Assembly: GCA_963665775.2 (NCBI GenBank)
Contig: CAXXTF010000001.1
Span: forward strand, 576,001 to 640,000
Direction: 5' to 3'
DNA length: 64,000 nt
From: Dehalococcoidia bacterium
Lineage (GTDB): Bacteria > Chloroflexota > Dehalococcoidia > SM23-28-2 > RBG-16-64-32
Shown here: positions 60,762-64,000 of the stretch, in pieces
Layout of the letters: each line of letters starts with the position of its first letter
Position numbering within the stretch: position 1 is the stretch's first letter
Notes under the pieces: model-generated
What the model was told of the DNA's origin: nothing
The model's input: the letters and a program-made list of their open reading frames with translations, nothing else
The model's database searches: none
Program-made: the position numbers and the translations under genes

Positions 60762-62777
60762 TTACCGCAGCAGCTCCCGTGTTTTTGCGGCCACATTCTC
60801 CGCCGTAAACCCGAACCTCTCCAACACCACCGCCCCCGGCGCCGAGGCCCCGAAGCGATCCACACTGACCGTGGCGTCGGCCCAGCGCCGCCACCCGAAG
60901 GAGGTCGCGGCCTCGACGGCGAGGCGGGGGACGCCCGGCGGCAAGACCTGGGTCTGGTAGTCCTCCGGCTGAGCGTCGAACAGCTCCCAGGAAGGCATGG
61001 AGACCACGCGTGCCGACACCCCCTCCGACGCGAGGAGATCGCGGGCCTCGAGGCAGAGGGAAACCTCGGAGCCCGTCCCGATGAGGACAGCATCGGTTCC
61101 GTCCTCCACCACGTATGCCCCTCGCTCTAACGAGCCGCCCGGCGCCAGCACCGGCAGCTTCTGCCGGGAGAGGACGATCACCGTGGGTCCGTCGCTGCGC
61201 TGCAGCGCCAGCCGCCAAGCGGCGGCGGTCTCGTTGGCGTCGGCGGCGCGCAGCAGGACGAGGTTCGGTATCGCCCGCAGGCTGGCCAGATGCTCGACCG
61301 GCTGATGGGTGGGGCCATCCTCCCCCAATCCAATGGAGTCGTGCGTGTACACGAACACGACCGGTATCCCCATCAGGGCCGCCAACCGGATCGCCGGCCG
61401 CATGTAGTCGGAGAACACCAGGAAAGTGGCGCCGTACACCTGAAAGCCGCCGTGCAGGGCGATGCCGTTCAGCACCGCGCCCATGGCGTGCTCTCGAAGG
61501 CCGAAGTGGAAGTTACGTGCAGCAAAGTCGCCACGGTTGATGTCCCCGTGACCATTGAGATACGTGTCTGTAGACGGGGCCAGATCAGCGGAACCACCCA
61601 CGAGCTCAGGGACGACCCCCGCGATGGCGTTCAGCACGGCGCCGGAGGCGGACCGGGTGGCAATCTGGTCGCCCGGCGGGAACGTCGGCAGAACAGCTTC
61701 CCAATCCGCCGGCAGCTCCCGGGCCAGCACCCTCTGATACGCCGCCGCCAGCTCAGGGTGAGCGGCGGCGTAGGCGGAAACGGCGCTGCTCCACTCCTGG
61801 TGAGCCGCGGCTCCCGCCTCTACCGCCCTACGGAACACATTCAAGGCCTCTTCCGGGACCGTGAACGGCTCCTCATACGGCCAGCCCAGGTTGCGCTTGG
61901 TGGCCCGCACCTCTTCTTCGCCGAGGGGCGCGCCGTGGGCCGCCGCCGTGTCCTGCTTGCCGGGCGAGCCGTAGGCGATGTGGGTCGGCACCACCACCAG
62001 GGTCGGGCGCTGCGGCTCCGAACGGGCCTCCTCGATGACCCGATTGATCTCTGCCAGATCGTTCCCGTCCGCGATCCGGAGGACGTTCCAGCCGTAGGCG
62101 CGAAAGCGGTCCGCCACCTGCTCGCGGAAGGTGAGATCGGTGGAACCCTCGATGGTGATCTGGTTGTCGTCGTAGAAGACGATGAGCTTGCCCAGATGGA
62201 AGTTTCCGGCCAGGGAGCAGGCCTCTGATGCTATCCCTTCCATCAGGTCGCCGTCGCTGGCGATGACGTAAGTGTAGTGGTCCACCACCTCAGGCCCCGG
62301 ACGGTTGAACCGCGCCGCTAGCATCCGCTCCGCAATGGCCATACCGACAGCGCTGGCGATGCCCTGGCCCAGCGGGCCGGTGGTCGCCTCCACGCCTGGG
62401 GCATGGCCGTACTCCGGGTGTCCCGGCGTCCGGGAACCCCACTGGCGGAAGCGCTTGATCTCGTCCAGGCTCAGGTCATAGCCGGTCAGATGCAGGAGGG
62501 AGTAGAGGAGCATCGAGGCGTGCCCATTGGAGAGGACGAACCGATCGCGATCGGGCCAGGAGGGATCGCGGGGGTTGTGCTTCAGGTATCTAGTCCAGAG
62601 CGCATAGGCCAGCGGTGCCAGCCCCATCGGCGCACCGGGGTGACCTGAATTCGCCTTCTGCACGGCGTCCATGGACAGGGTGCGGATCGTGTTGATACAG
62701 AGCTCGTCCAGATCATCCGGTGGGTGCGCGCGCAGCCTGACATCCGGTCGCAGATCAGAGCTGGTGTCGTCCGTCAT
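60762..62777 (-). CDS. tkt: Transketolase
   Basis: [47 protein letters not shown]. Confidence 0.97.
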   Translation of the reverse strand: MTDDTSSDLRPDVRLRAHPPDDLDELCINTIRTLSMDAVQKANSGHPGAPMGLAPLAYALWTRYLKHNPRDPSWPDRDRFVLSNGHASMLLYSLLHLTGYDLSLDEIKRFRQWGSRTPGHPEYGHAPGVEATTGPLGQGIASAVGMAIAERMLAARFNRPGPEVVDHYTYVIASDGDLMEGIASEACSLAGNFHLGKLIVFYDDNQITIEGSTDLTFREQVADRFRAYGWNVLRIADGNDLAEINRVIEEARSEPQRPTLVVVPTHIAYGSPGKQDTAAAHGAPLGEEEVRATKRNLGWPYEEPFTVPEEALNVFRRAVEAGAAAHQEWSSAVSAYAAAHPELAAAYQRVLARELPADWEAVLPTFPPGDQIATRSASGAVLNAIAGVVPELVGGSADLAPSTDTYLNGHGDINRGDFAARNFHFGLREHAMGAVLNGIALHGGFQVYGATFLVFSDYMRPAIRLAALMGIPVVFVYTHDSIGLGEDGPTHQPVEHLASLRAIPNLVLLRAADANETAAAWRLALQRSDGPTVIVLSRQKLPVLAPGGSLERGAYVVEDGTDAVLIGTGSEVSLCLEARDLLASEGVSARVVSMPSWELFDAQPEDYQTQVLPPGVPRLAVEAATSFGWRRWADATVSVDRFGASAPGAVVLERFGFTAENVAAKTRELLR

Positions 62778-62965
62778 CCTGCTTTCCTCCTAGCCTGCCT
62801 TTCCCGCCCTCCCGAGCCGGCGGATGCGGCCCGAGACTCCCCCCTTTACGTAGCGTCTCCTGACCCTCAGGCGATAATTCTATCACCGACCGTTGCCCCT
62901 TGACCGCGATGGGGGGCACGACCCCGCATCCCCTCGCTTCGGCACCAGCCAGCGGCGGCTATCCC

Positions 62966-64000
62966 TCAGCGGCTGTTCCCGGCACCGCTCAGGGATCGGT
63001 CCAGGTTATAGGCGGCGCTGACCAGGGTCAGATGGGTGAACGCCTGCGGAAAGTTTCCCAGCGCCTCGCCCGTAAGGCCTATCTCCTCGGAGTACAGTCC
63101 CAGGTGGTTCGCGTACCCCAGCATCCGTTCGAACAGGAATCGCGCCTCGTCCAGGCGGCCCTGTCGGGTCAGGCACTCCACCAGCCAGAAGGTACACAGA
63201 GAGAACGTGCCCTCATTGCCGCTGAACCCATCGTCGGCGGCCTCCCCCGGATCGTACCTCCGCACGAGGCTGTCGCTGGTCAGCTCCTTCAGCGTGGCAT
63301 CGACGGTCCGGATCATGCGAGGGTCGGTCGGCGACATAAAGAACACGAGCGGCATGATCAGATTCGCTGCGTCCAGCGCCGACGAACCGTAGTGCTGGAC
63401 GAAGGCGTCCCGCTCGTCATTCCAGCCGTGGGTCATGATCTCCTCGTAGATGGTGTCTCGCTCCCGCTCCCAGAGACCGCGGTTTCCCGGAAAGGAGCGC
63501 CTGGTGGCGAGGCGCAGCCCCCTGTCCAAGGCGACCCAGCACATCAGCTTGGAGTAGACGAAGTGAAACTGCCCGCCGCGCACCTCCCAGATCCCCTGGT
63601 CGGGGCGGCGCCAGTTCTCGGCGACCCAGTCGAGGATCTTCTGGATCTGCCTCCACAGATCATAGGAGATCGGCGAGCCGTACTTGTTGAACAGGTAGAT
63701 CGAATCCATCAACTCTCCGTAAGTGTCCATCTGGAACTGGTCGCGGGCGTCGTTACCCACCCGCACCGGCCTCGAATCCCGGTATCCCCGCAGGTGGTCC
63801 AGCGTTTCCTCCTTGGGGATGTGATGTCCATCGATCGTGTAGACGCTGCGCAGCCCGTCCCTCTCGTCGAAGTCCAGCATGCGGCCCTCTAGCCACCGCA
63901 TAAAGTGGCGCGCCTCGTCCGTCATCCCCACGCGCATGAAGGCGTACAACGTGAACGCCGCGTCCCGCAACCAGGTGAATCGATAGTCGTAGTTACGCCC
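62966..64000 (-). CDS. Glycoside hydrolase family 15 protein (5' part outside window)
   Basis: [38 protein letters not shown]. Confidence 0.93.
   Translation of the reverse strand, partial: GRNYDYRFTWLRDAAFTLYAFMRVGMTDEARHFMRWLEGRMLDFDERDGLRSVYTIDGHHIPKEETLDHLRGYRDSRPVRVGNDARDQFQMDTYGELMDSIYLFNKYGSPISYDLWRQIQKILDWVAENWRRPDQGIWEVRGGQFHFVYSKLMCWVALDRGLRLATRRSFPGNRGLWERERDTIYEEIMTHGWNDERDAFVQHYGSSALDAANLIMPLVFFMSPTDPRMIRTVDATLKELTSDSLVRRYDPGEAADDGFSGNEGTFSLCTFWLVECLTRQGRLDEARFLFERMLGYANHLGLYSEEIGLTGEALGNFPQAFTHLTLVSAAYNLDRSLSGAGNSR

Overview
GC-rich bacterial chromosome segment. Gene content and style (dockerin-like DVDC repeats, DUF5667/DUF5666 anti-sigma, alpha2-type GlyRS, small Zn-ribbon proteins) suggest Chloroflexota, probably Dehalococcoidia-like; this is inference. 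The backbone is mostly housekeeping: menG, leuB, pit, pyrE, lepB, ribD/E/BA/H, rmuC, glyQS, hppA, gltX, rluD, lspA, ispH, tkt, and three tRNAs (Glu-TTC, Glu-CTC, Gln-CTG). Accessory parts: (i) an ~8 kb integrative element at tRNA-Glu(CTC), 33094-41118. It is bounded by att repeats and arm-like sites and carries a P4-like integrase, AlpA, a split ParB-like gene, a decayed IS3, and a tandem pair of paralogous tyrosine recombinases, one with a complete catalytic set and one intact but catalytically dead. This is the best candidate for an undescribed system. (ii) A 1.8 kb islet flanked by a duplicated gltX 3' end. (iii) A lower-GC type II R-M cassette. (iv) A 50.6-58.5 kb patchwork of gene fragments containing a perfect 34-bp palindrome. 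A clear c-di-AMP (ydaO) riboswitch controls a tiny Zn-ribbon gene, and a DarA/PstA c-di-AMP receptor is also present. All calls come from motif recognition by eye; no database searches were run.
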